Shown here: positions 42,079 through 52,513 of the stretch, one piece after another
Layout of the letters: the number at the start of each line of letters is the position of its first letter
Position numbering within the stretch: the stretch's first letter is position 1
Notes under the pieces: model-generated
Seen by the model: only the letters and a program-made list of their open reading frames with translations
What the model was told of the DNA's origin: nothing
The model's database searches: none
Position numbers and translations under genes: made by a program
Origin: Octopus sinensis
Lineage: Eukaryota
Assembly: GCF_006345805.1 (NCBI RefSeq)
Contig: NC_042998.1
Span: forward strand, 25,172,001-25,236,000
Length of the DNA: 64,000 nt
Direction of reading: 5' to 3'

Positions 42079-42115
42079 CTTCTGATGAATGCTTTATTCA
42101 GCATGAAACATTAAG
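42079..42115 (+). ncRNA. HHR motif, partly decayed
   Basis: ctt-CTGATGA-atgc tttattca gcat-GAAA-ca-TT-aag; stem III 'ca' could be CpG decay of 'cg'. Confidence 0.45.
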
Positions 42116-42124
42116 TACTGGAAA

Positions 42125-42502
42125 TCATCATCATCATCATCATTTAACGTCCACTTTCCATGTTAGCATGGGTTGGACGATTTGACAGAGGTCTGGCGAA
42201 CCAGATGGCTGCGACAGGCTCCAATCTGATCTGGCAGAGTTTCTACAGCTGGATGCCCTTGCTAACACCAACCACTCCGAGAGTTTAGTGGGTGCTTTTA
42301 CGTGCCACCGGCATGAGGGCCAGTCAGGCGGTACTGCAACAGCCATGCTCAAATAGTGTTTTTTATGTGCCACCTGCACAGGGGCCAGTCCAGCGGCACT
42401 GGCAACGACCTCACTCAAATGTTTTTTCATGTGCCACCAGCACAAGTGCCAGTAAGGCGACACAGGAAACGATCACGCTCGAATGGTATTTTTTATGTGC
42501 CA
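42125..42502 (-). mobile_element. SINE-like family D, long form with internal GTGCCACC subrepeats
   Basis: (CAT)n tail, GGATGCCCTT core, about four TTTTA.GTGCCA subrepeats. Confidence 0.75.
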
Positions 42503-43045
42503 TGTTATATTCATCGCTCTATACAGTGTATTTAGTACTCTGTGTCTTGTTTGTAAAATCATTTACACATTACAGCATTATACCTTAATACATATTCTTG
42601 AATGCCTGTTTGTTTGCCTGACTGCAATTTACTCATAAATTATAACAAAAAAATAAAACACCAACAAAAGAATTTTCTTTTTCTACTATTTATACGGATC
42701 AATATACCTCTATGTATATAACTTCAATTCTAAAATGTTTGCAATTCTTTCATAAAGGCTAGACATTTCAACACATTTCTTTTTACAATTATTTTTTCTT
42801 TACTTGGCCAGTCAGTCAATTCTGCTACTAGACATCTATTCATACATCAGCTTCTTCTTAAAAAAAAAAAAATATATATATATATATATATAATAATAAT
42901 AACACAAACACATTCTCGGTTCATTAAGATAATATATCTTAGAAAATTGGTCCATAAGTATTATGAGCACACTTCACCAAAAAGTCTGTTTTCTTTCATG
43001 TTCATTCGAAATTTAAAAGATAAATCTGTTCCTGACGTTTTCCAG

Positions 43046-43169
43046 ATGTTCGTGTGTTGGAAGCCAGAACAATTCCTACGTCGACGTTGAAAGTGGCAAA
43101 AAAAAACTGAGAAATGTTGTTTATTATGATGCCCTTTGTTCCGGATTGTTTGTCTATGTTTTGCCAGAG
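43046..43169 (+). CDS. Candidate internal coding exon of an unidentified host gene
   Basis: CTGAC branch-like site, TTTTCCAG acceptor, open frame CSCVGSQNNSYVDVESGKKKLRNVVYYDALCSGLFVYVLPE, donor GAG|GTAAGA. Confidence 0.45.
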
Positions 43170-43245
43170 GTAAGATATTTTTTTTTAATCATGCATCTTT
43201 GCTACAAATAATAGAGCCTTTGTTTCAAACAATATATTTATGCAG

Positions 43246-43311
43246 AATTACCAAGCTTCTCTTTTGAGAAATTGGCCACAAGCTGAGTCGACTGCTTCTC
43301 AGATAATGCCG
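43246..43311 (+). CDS. Candidate next exon (3' boundary uncertain)
   Basis: 76-nt GT-AG intron, TGCAG acceptor, continues in frame NYQASLLRNWPQAESTASQIMP; donor is weak. Confidence 0.35.
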
Positions 43312-43332
43312 GTTAACCTGATAGAATATATG

Positions 43333-44062
43333 ATGTGTGTGTACGTGTGCACATGTGTGTGTATGTGTGTGCATGCTTGTGTGCAAGCATCTGTTTGCAT
43401 GTGTGTATGCGTATTTGTGTGCATGTGTGTATATGTGCATGCATGTGTGTAAGCATGTGTTTGTATGTGTGTGCATGTGCATATGTGTGCATGCATGTGT
43501 GTAAGCATCTGTTTGCATGTGTGTATGTCTATTGTAAGTACATATGTGTGCATGCATGTGTGTAAGCATCTGTTTGCATGTGTGTATGTGTGTGTGCATG
43601 TGTGTAGTGTGCATGCATGTGTGTAAGCATGTTTGCGTGTGTGTATGCGTGTGCATGCACGTGTGTAAGCATGTTTGCATGTGTGTATGTGTGTACATGT
43701 GTGCATATGTGCATGCATGTGTGTAAGCATGTTTGTATGTGTGTATATGTGCATGCATGTGTGTAAGCATGTTGCATGTGTGTATGTGTGTATGTGTGTG
43801 CATGTGTGTATATGTGCATGAATGTGTGTAAGCATGTTTGCATGTGTGTATGTGTGTATGTGTGTGCATGTGTGTATATGTGCATGCATGTGTGTAAGCA
43901 TGTTTGCATGTGTGTGCATGCATGTGTGTAAGCATGTGTTTGCATGTATGTATGTATGTGTGCATGTGTATGTGTGTATGCAAGTAATCATATGCTTACA
44001 CACATGCATATGTGTGTAAGCATGCGTGTGTAGGCGTGTGAACATGCATTGGCATGTGTATG
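43333..44062. repeat. Minisatellite built on TGCATGTGTGTAAGCATGTTTGCATG in a (TG)n background
   Basis: More than ten GTGTAAGCAT-anchored units of variable length. Confidence 0.9.
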
Positions 44063-44451
44063 TGAAGATGGATGACTTCGTAGTTAGAGAATTCACCTCA
44101 TGATTCTAAGGTCATAGGTTCAATACTCAGCAATGCGTTGTGTCCTTAAGCAAGACACTTCATTTCACATTACTACAAGCCATTCAGCTGGCAAAAATCA
44201 GCTGTACCTGTAATTCGAAAAGGGCCAGCCTCGTCACATTCTGTTGTCAGGCAGAATCACCTAGTCAACTACATTAAGGCATACGTGTGTCTGTAGAGTG
44301 CTCAGCCGCTTGCACGTTAATTCCAAGAGAAGTCTGTTCCATTAATCGGATAGACCTTGTCACCATAACCAACAGAATGCCTGTGTGTGTGAGTGTGTGT
44401 GTGTGTGTGTGCGAGTTTGTGTGTGTGTGCACGCACATATACATATGTATG

Positions 44452-44484
<33 letters not shown>

Positions 44485-44492
<8 letters not shown>

Positions 44493-45248
44493 GACTACAA
44501 GAACTAAAAGATACCCTTATCACCAGGAACTATCCACCTTCACTTATTGACAAGTGCATTCAACGTGCCCTTCAACTTACCATCTAGGAACTGAGACATC
44601 CTAAATCAAAGAAACACTTACAACCAAAAGCCTTACCATACATCTCCACACACAACCCTCTCAATAACGAATCCTTCGGCACCATCCTCCACAACATACC
44701 CCTCCTAAAAAAAGACCACAGAATGAACACAATCCTCCAAACACACACGATCATAAAAAGCAAGAGACAGCCTAAATCCATGAAAAGTCTCCTAACACAA
44801 GCCCGAATTCACTCTTCAACACAGAAGCCGACAGTAAAAAAATGTGGAAGACCCAATTGCGGGATATGCGACTATTAATTGAGGGATCAGAGTTCTCCTT
44901 CAAACAGGACAACGGTTTACAGTGAAAAGCAACTTCACATGTGCTTCGGAGAACCTAATATACTCACTAACCTGCTCCGGGTGTCAAGAGCAGTACATAA
45001 GCCAAACAAAAGATAGTTTGCGTAAACGAATGGCCCTGCACAGATCCCAGATAAAAATTCCCCAAAACAGAAAAATAGCTTTTAGCCAACACATAGATAC
45101 TTGCGCCAACAAAAAAACACCAAGCTTCAGGATTTTCCCCCTCTACCAATTTAGGGACGATACAACCTCGAGACAACGAATAAGTAAAGAAACTCTCTTT
45201 ATTACAAAATACAGGCCACTTCTTAATGGGTCTACGACAAACAATTAA
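44485..45248 (+). pseudogene. Penelope-like element ORF (RT C-terminal region, Cys linker, GIY-YIG endonuclease; Neptune-like), 5'-truncated
   Basis: L..RNYP..LI; LPYISTHNP; RQPKSMKSLL; KCGRPNCGIC; NLIYSLTCSGCQEQYISQT..LRKRM..HR; E..FI.KYRPLLN; one stop and frameshift(s). Confidence 0.88.
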
Positions 45249-45957
45249 TATACCTCAACTTTAGAATAAAAGAAATATACACACACAAATATTACATTCC
45301 AAAGAATCCATTACTAATCAGCCCCAATCACAGCTATACTCCATAACATGCCAACTTCAAGTCATACAACACCTCACTACTTTCACCCATTCATATTCTC
45401 CCTTCTCTGTTTTTTCTTCTTCTTCCTCATCACCATCATTATCATCATCATCGTCGTCATCATCATCACCACCATCATCATCATCTTCTCCTTCTCCTTC
45501 TTCTTCTTCTTCTTCTTCTTCTTCTTCATCATCAACATCATCAACATCGTCATCTTCTTCTTCTTCTTCTTCTTCTTCTTCTTCTTCTTCTTCTTCTACT
45601 TCTCCACCTTCTACCTCTTAACTATGTCACTAATGCTTTTTAGTATAACACCTACGCAAATTCCATAAACAAGCCTTTCAATAGAAATATTCTCCTGAAT
45701 TGAACTGCGACTGCTAGCCGCCACTGACCATTCAAAATACGACCATCATGGCACTCCCAGATTTTCCCACCCCCTCTCCTCATCAGCCTTCTTCTTCTTC
45801 TACCCTACCAAGAACTCACAACGACCTCGAACACACAAGTGCAAACAAGGGAGTCAGAGAAAGGCAGAATGCCACTTATATCTGAACACTACTATAGAAA
45901 TATTCCTTTAAAAAAACTTTTCTTCTAATTTTTCTAAATATAATTATTTAATCGTTA

Positions 45958-45995
45958 CAGTTGAAAAGGTCTCAAAATGACCGAAACCGGTACTG
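45958..45995 (+). ncRNA. HHR motif in the PLE 3' pseudo-LTR, altered core
   Basis: cag-TTGAAAA-ggtc tcaaaat gacc-GAAA-ccgg-TA-ctg, ~700 nt downstream of the GIY-YIG stop, same strand. Confidence 0.65.
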
Positions 45996-46084
45996 AAATG
46001 TTCACTATAAAATTATTTTAGAATTTTCTATTTTGACTTGTTTTTTCATATATATATATATTATATATATATATATATATATAT

Positions 46085-46241
46085 GCTTTATTCAAAGCAG
46101 CAGAAAATTCGACAAAACCTGTTACTCTGAGTAACAGGTTTTGTTGAATTTTCTGCTGCTTTGAATAAAGTATATTACTCTACCACTGGTATTTGAGTAC
46201 TCTTTTTTCCACCTTGTTTCACATTTATGTGTTTACTCCGG
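46085..46241 (+). repeat. Palindromic PLE-like terminal repeat in (TA)n
   Basis: Near-perfect hairpin centred on GTTACTC-T-GAGTAAC; same family as 59424-59632. Confidence 0.8.
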
Positions 46242-46577
46242 TATATATATATATGTATATATATACATACATACAAACATATATATATATGCGATTATGT
46301 ATATATTATATATATATATGTATGTATGTATATATATATATTATATATATATATATACATATATATAAATATGTATATGTACATCTATATATGTATGTGT
46401 GTGTATATATATATATACATATATATAAATATGTATATGTACATCTATATATGTATGTGTGTGTATATATATATATGTATATATTTATATGTATAGGTGT
46501 ATATATGTATATATATATATGTATCATCGTTCAACGTCCACCTTCCATGCTAGCATGGGTGGGACACACACACACAC

Positions 46578-46673
<96 letters not shown>

Positions 46674-46915
46674 CATGCATGTATGTATACATGAAAGAGG
46701 TGAAGACCAAAATTCTTCCGTGGGATGTCAAACATCCAAGTCTGCCGCTACAGTCCAAGTAAAGAATATATATAAAAAATATATATTCTGTATTTGCAAA
46801 AACAATAAATGATGCATAAGGAAAGGAAAAATTGTAAATGTAGACGAACTTTAATTAATTATCTAAGTTGGTACAGAACCACATACATTCTGCAAATTGT
46901 TTCGGAGTCCAATTC

Positions 46916-47850
46916 TTAGGTTGTCAAGGAAGTTCTTGCAGAATTTATAATTTTGATTTTAAATGATGTATTTTCAAATTAATTTTCGTTAAATTATGCA
47001 GCACGGATTTTTGTCAGTGAACAGGTCGCGGTTTTATAGCGACGAAAATATTTTGACAAATTAAAATTAAATGTTGAAGTGAATCGAACGGCTTTTGTGT
47101 GTTTCTTAAATGGCTTACAAACACCTTCCACGCTGCAATTGTTTTCGTTCCAGCACACGATCTCAGATCAAATCACTTGCTATGCAAGTACATCTCCGTA
47201 ATTTCGTTAAATTACTTTGACTTTATATATCATTTTAAAGCCAGTTTTTTGCTCCATCTAATCGTGTTACTCTTTTTTCTTTTTGAAAAATTAGGCCATT
47301 TTTTCCGGAACGTTGAATGCAACATGGACAAAAAGCAAATTTGCAGAATTTTCTTATTCCAGTTCAAGCTAGGCCAAAAAGCTGCTGAAACAGCTCGCGA
47401 TATCAACGATGCGTTTGGCCCAGGAACCACTTATGAACTTACAGCACAATGGTGGTTCAAGAAATTTCGTAGCGGTGACGTGAGTCTTGAAGATGATAAG
47501 CGTAGTGGTCGGCCATCGGATGTTGACAGCGATCAACTAAGAGCCTTAGTCGAAGCCAATCCACGCACAACTGTTCGAGAGCTTGCTTCTGAATTAGACG
47601 TAACGTATACGACAATTTCCAACCACTTGAAAGAGATTGGAAAAACAAAATTCTTGAGAAATGGGTGCCGCACGAATTGAACGACAACCAAAAAAAAACG
47701 CCGTTTTGAAGTTTCGTCTTCCCTTCTTTTACGCAACAAGAACTACCCGTTTCTCGACCAGATTGTGACCTATTTTGAAAAGTGGATTCTTTACGACAAC
47801 CGGCGACGCTCAGCTCAGTGATTGAACGCTGACGAAGCTCCACAGCACTA
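46916..47850 (+). pseudogene. Mariner (Hsmar1/cecropia-like) 5' half with TIR and transposase N-terminus
   Basis: TTAGGTTGTCAAGGAAGTTCTTGC TIR; from 47324 MDKKQICRIFLFQFKLGQKAAETARDINDAFG..QWWFKKFRSGD.SLED..RSGRP; KWVPHEL after a frameshift; truncated. Confidence 0.9.
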
Positions 47851-48021
47851 ATGGGAGTATTTCACTGTCTAATCCAAATAATTTTGTCTGGCCAATTAGA
47901 GGTCGGCTTCATGTAGATATGCGTCAATCCTCTCTGGATCCAGGCTAATTGGAATTATATATGCATGTGTATGTGTGTGAGTGTGTGTGTTTAAATACAT
48001 ATTCTTTTATTCTTTTTCTTT

Positions 48022-48408
48022 TATACTTTTATTTGTTTCAGAGCGTGGCCATACTGGAGCAACGACTTTAATCGAACAAATCAACCCAAGGACTTATTCT
48101 TTGTAAGCCTGGTACTTATTCTATCAGTCTCTTTTGCCGAACCTCAAAAGTGACGTGGATGTAAACATACCAACATCGGTTAAGCGGTGTTGGAGGACAA
48201 GCACAGGCACACACACACACACACACACATACACACACACATGACGGGCTTCTTTCAGTTTCTGTCTACCAAATCCACTCATAAGGCTTTGGTCGGACCG
48301 AGGCTATAGTAGAAGGCACTTACCTAAGGTGCCACGCAGTGGGACTGAACTCGGAGCCATGTCGTTGATAAGCAAACTGCTTACAAAATACAACCACTCC
48401 TGTGCCTA
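48022..48408 (-). mobile_element. SINE family C
   Basis: Family motifs in reverse. Confidence 0.8.
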
Positions 48409-48517
48409 ATCATATATTTATTTATTTTGTACGATTCAGTCTTTTGGGACTCTGAGTTGAGTCCTGTGCAAATGCAGGTGAAACTTTAGAAAGCAAGAGA
48501 TTGTCTCACGATAAAAT

Positions 48518-48807
48518 ATTCTTTTCTACTCTAGGCACAAGTGAGGGTGAGGGGGCCAGTCGATTAGATCGACTCCAGTATGCAACTGGTACTTAAATTA
48601 TCGACCCCAAAACGATGAAAGGCAAAGTCGATCCCGGTGGAATTTGAACTTAGAACGTAGCGGCAGACGAAATTCCTATTTCTTTACTACCCACAAGGGG
48701 CTAAAAACAGAGAGGATAAACAAGGACAGACAAACAGATTTAGTCGATTATATCGACCCCAGTGCGTAACTGGTACTTATTTAATCGACCCCGAAAGGAT
48801 GAAAGGC
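48518..48807 (-). mobile_element. SINE family A, two partial tandem units
   Basis: Core ATCGACCCC.AAA.GATGAAAGGCA twice. Confidence 0.75.
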
Positions 48808-49191
48808 ACCCTATACTGGGTGACTGTTTCCATGGAGATCTACTTTGTAATGGTGTCTTATAGTAGTTAACGTTTTAGTTTTAATTACAAACGAGTTTCA
48901 CAAGCCAGTTTTGATATGTTCTTTGAGGTGTACCCATTAGTTTCAAGTAGCTACTTCATAATAGTCTTATGAAATAACTGCTTAATTACATAGCGGAGGA
49001 AAAGCTCTTTGTAGACATAATGCATTGACTTGTCCAGTTTAGCTGGATCTTTTCAAATTCAAAGCCAGAGTTTTTCAAAGACATCTTGTACACTAACAGA
49101 CAATTAATACAAGAAAAAGGATCATATCTTCCTAATATTTGATGATATAAGAAATTTGAATTTGAAATAAATTATTAAAGAAAACTCTATA

Positions 49192-49354
49192 CAGGTGCAG
49201 GCGTGGCTGTGTGGCAAGAAGCTTGCCTCACAACCACATGGTTTGGGTTTCAGTCCCATTGCATGGCACCTTGGGCATGTGCCTTCTACTAAAGCTATGG
49301 GCCGACCAAAGACTCGTGGGTGGATTTGGTACACGGAAACTAGAAGAAGCCCGT

Positions 49355-49402
<48 letters not shown>

Positions 49403-49645
49403 ATATATTTATGTGTGTGTGTGAGTGAGTGTGAGTATGTGGGTTTGTTCCCCATCATTGCTTAACGACCGATGCTAGTGTGTTTATATCCCCATAATGT
49501 GGCAGTTTGAAAAAAGAGAACAATGAAATAAGTACGAGGCTTACAACAATAAAGTACTGGGGTCGACTTATTCACTTAACACCCTTAAAGGTGGTGCTCC
49601 AGCATGGCTGCAGTCAACTGAATGAAAACAATACAAGAATAGAAA
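49192..49645 (+). mobile_element. SINE family C
   Basis: Head, internal microsatellite and GGTGGTGCTCCAGCATGGCTGCAGTC end. Confidence 0.8.
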
Positions 49646-51956
49646 AATCATATTACCTTTTCGTATGAATTTTTATCGTTAAGTTCTTAAAATTACTACA
49701 CAAAAATTTCTTACAATTTCTAGTCTCACATTTCTTGAAATACCTAATCTAACATTTCTTAAAATTTCTTGTCTGACATTTCTTAAAATTTCTAATCTAA
49801 CATTTCATAAAATCTCTAGTATGATAATTCTAAAAATTTCTAGTCAACCATTTCTTAAAATTTCTAATCTAACATTCCCTAAATCCTCTAGTTAAGCATA
49901 TCTTAAAATTTCCAGTCTAATGATTCTTAAATTTTTAGTTTGAAATTTCAAGGATTTTTAAGTCTAACATTTAAAAAATATCTAGCGTAACATTTCTTAA
50001 AAGTTCTAGTCTAACATTTTATAAAATTTGTAGTCTAAAATCTCTTAAAATTTCTGGTCTCACATTTCTTAAAATTTCTAGTCGATCATCTCTTAAAATT
50101 TCTAATCTAAAATTTCTTAAAATTTGTAGTCTAACATTCCTTAAAATCTTTAGCCTAACATTTCTTAAAATTTCTAGTATAACATCTGTTGAAATTTCTA
50201 GAGAAAATTTTCTTAAGCTTTCTACTCAAACATTTCTTAAAAATTTCTAGCCTAATGTTTCTCAAAACTTCTAGTCTAACATTTATTACAATTTCTAGAC
50301 TACCATTTCTGGAAATTTATAGCCTAGTATATCTTCATCTCTCTAGTGTAACATTTCTAAAAATTTCTAGTCTAATATTTCCTAAGCCTTCTAGTCTAAC
50401 GCCCCTTAAAATTTCCAGTTCAACATTCGTTAAAGTTCCTAGTCTAACATTTCTTAAAATTCTTAGTCTTCCATTTCATAAAAATTCTAGTGTAAAATAT
50501 CTCAACATTTCCAGTCTGACATTACTAAACATTTTGTTTAACATTTCTTTAAGTTTCTAGTTAAACATTTTTTTAACGTTTCTAGTTTACCATTTCTTAA
50601 AATTTCTAGACTAACATTTCTTAAAATTTTTAGACCAACATTTCTTAAAATTTCTCGTCTAAAATTTCTTAAACTTTCTAATCTAAAATTTCTGAAAATA
50701 ACTAGTGTAAAATGACTTAAAAGTTGTAGTGTAAGATTTCTTAAAATTTCTAGTCTACCATTTCTTAAAATTTCTTGTGTAATATCTCTTAAAATTTCTA
50801 GTCTACTTTTTCACACAGTTGCTTATGTAACATTTCATTAAATTTCTTATGTTAGATTTCTTAAAATTTCTAGTCTAACATTTCTTAAAATTTCGAGTCT
50901 AATACTTCTCAATATTTCTAGAGTAACATTTCTTAAAGATTCTAGTCTAAAATTTTAACCTTTGAAATTTTTAACGTAACATTTTATAAATATCTAATCT
51001 AACATTTCTTAGAATTCCAAGTGAAACATTTCTTGATATTTCTAGTCTAACATTTCTGAAAATTTCCAGTCTAATATTTCTCAACATTCTTGAAATTTCT
51101 AGTCTAAAATTTCTTAAGGTTTCTAGTCTAATTTTCAAAATTTTTAGTGTAACATTCTAGCATTTCTTAGAATTTTTAGTGAAACATTTCTTGAAATTTT
51201 TAGTCAAAAATTTCTTAAGGTTTCTAGTCTAATTTTCAAAATTTTTAGTGTAACATTCTAGCATTTCTTAGAATTTTTAGTGAAACATTTCTTGAAATTT
51301 TTAGTCAAAAATTTCTTCAATTTTCTAAATATTTTCTTAAAAGTTCTTAAAATTTCAAGCCTAACATTACACTAGCAATTAAAAAATTGTTACAAAAAAA
51401 ATTGTAAGAAATGTTAAGAAATTACCAGAAAATTTAGACTACAAATGGTGAGAAATATTACACTACAAATTTTCAGAAATTTTAGAACAGAAATTTCTGA
51501 AAATTTGAAATGTAATATTTCTCACCATTTGTAGTCTAAAATTTCTGGTAATTTCTTAACATTTCTTACAATTTTTTTTTTGTAACAATTTTTTAAATTG
51601 CTAGTGTAACATTTCTTAAAATTTCTAGTCTAATATTTCCTAAACCTTCTAGTCTAACGCCCCTTAAAATTTCCAGTTCAACATTCGTTAAAGTTCCTAG
51701 TCTAACATTTCTTAAAATTCTTAGTCTTCCATTTCATAAAAATTCTAGTGTAAAATATCTCAACATTTCCAGTCTGACATTACTAAACGTTTTGTTTAAC
51801 ATTTCTTTAAGTTTCTAGTTAAACATTTTTTTAACGTTTCTAGTTTACCATTTCTTAAAATTTCTAGTCTAACATTTCCTTAAAATTTCTAGTTTAACAT
51901 TTCTGAAAATTGTTAGTCTAATAATTTAAAAAAAATTTAATATGACCTTTCATAAA

Positions 51957-52272
51957 ACGTGGATGAGTTTGTGGAAAGGTGCGAAGGGAAGGACTGGGGA
52001 ATATCTAAGGTGAGCATGGATGAAGAGACAGTGAAGGAGTTGGAAGAGTGGTTCGAGAGAGGGATACAGAGGAAGGCATATTGCATTGGAGATTTGTTTG
52101 GGACTAATAACTAAAGGACAGGTAAGTGATGCTAGCGGATGGGGCCGTTAGCGTCGCTTTCATAATATAATTTTCATAAATTCATGTATTCATTATTATG
52201 CAATTGTGATGTTTTGTGTCCCCAATGTTTGTACTGTCCATTCTGTGTCGCCCTCTATGGGTAATAAAGAAA
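51957..52272 (+). mobile_element. 3' end of a probable L1/Tx1-like LINE (duplicate at ~53715-54030)
   Basis: VDEFVERCEGKDWG...GDLFGTNN* then a UTR ending GTCGCCCTCTATGGGTAATAAAGAAA. Confidence 0.5.
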
Positions 52273-52513
52273 CACAGTCACCGGCTGACACTCGCTGACG
52301 ATACATCGAAGAGGCCAGGGAACAAAAGAAAGAAGACATGCACCTAATACCAGAGCTGAAGACACCTCCGAAAAGGTGGGGGGACCACGTCAAAACGGTA
52401 AAGGAGTAGGGGCCGAAACCGGACGTGGTTCCTCCTGATGATGTCTTGAGCTAACTGGATCCTATAAAGGAGCTGTTGTGGTAGCAGACCACGAAACACG
52501 GTTGTAATTCCCC
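52273..52513 (+). mobile_element. HERO-like LINE 3' UTR fragment (duplicate at ~54031-54270)
   Basis: Homologous to the reverse complement of 16785-17018. Confidence 0.6.
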
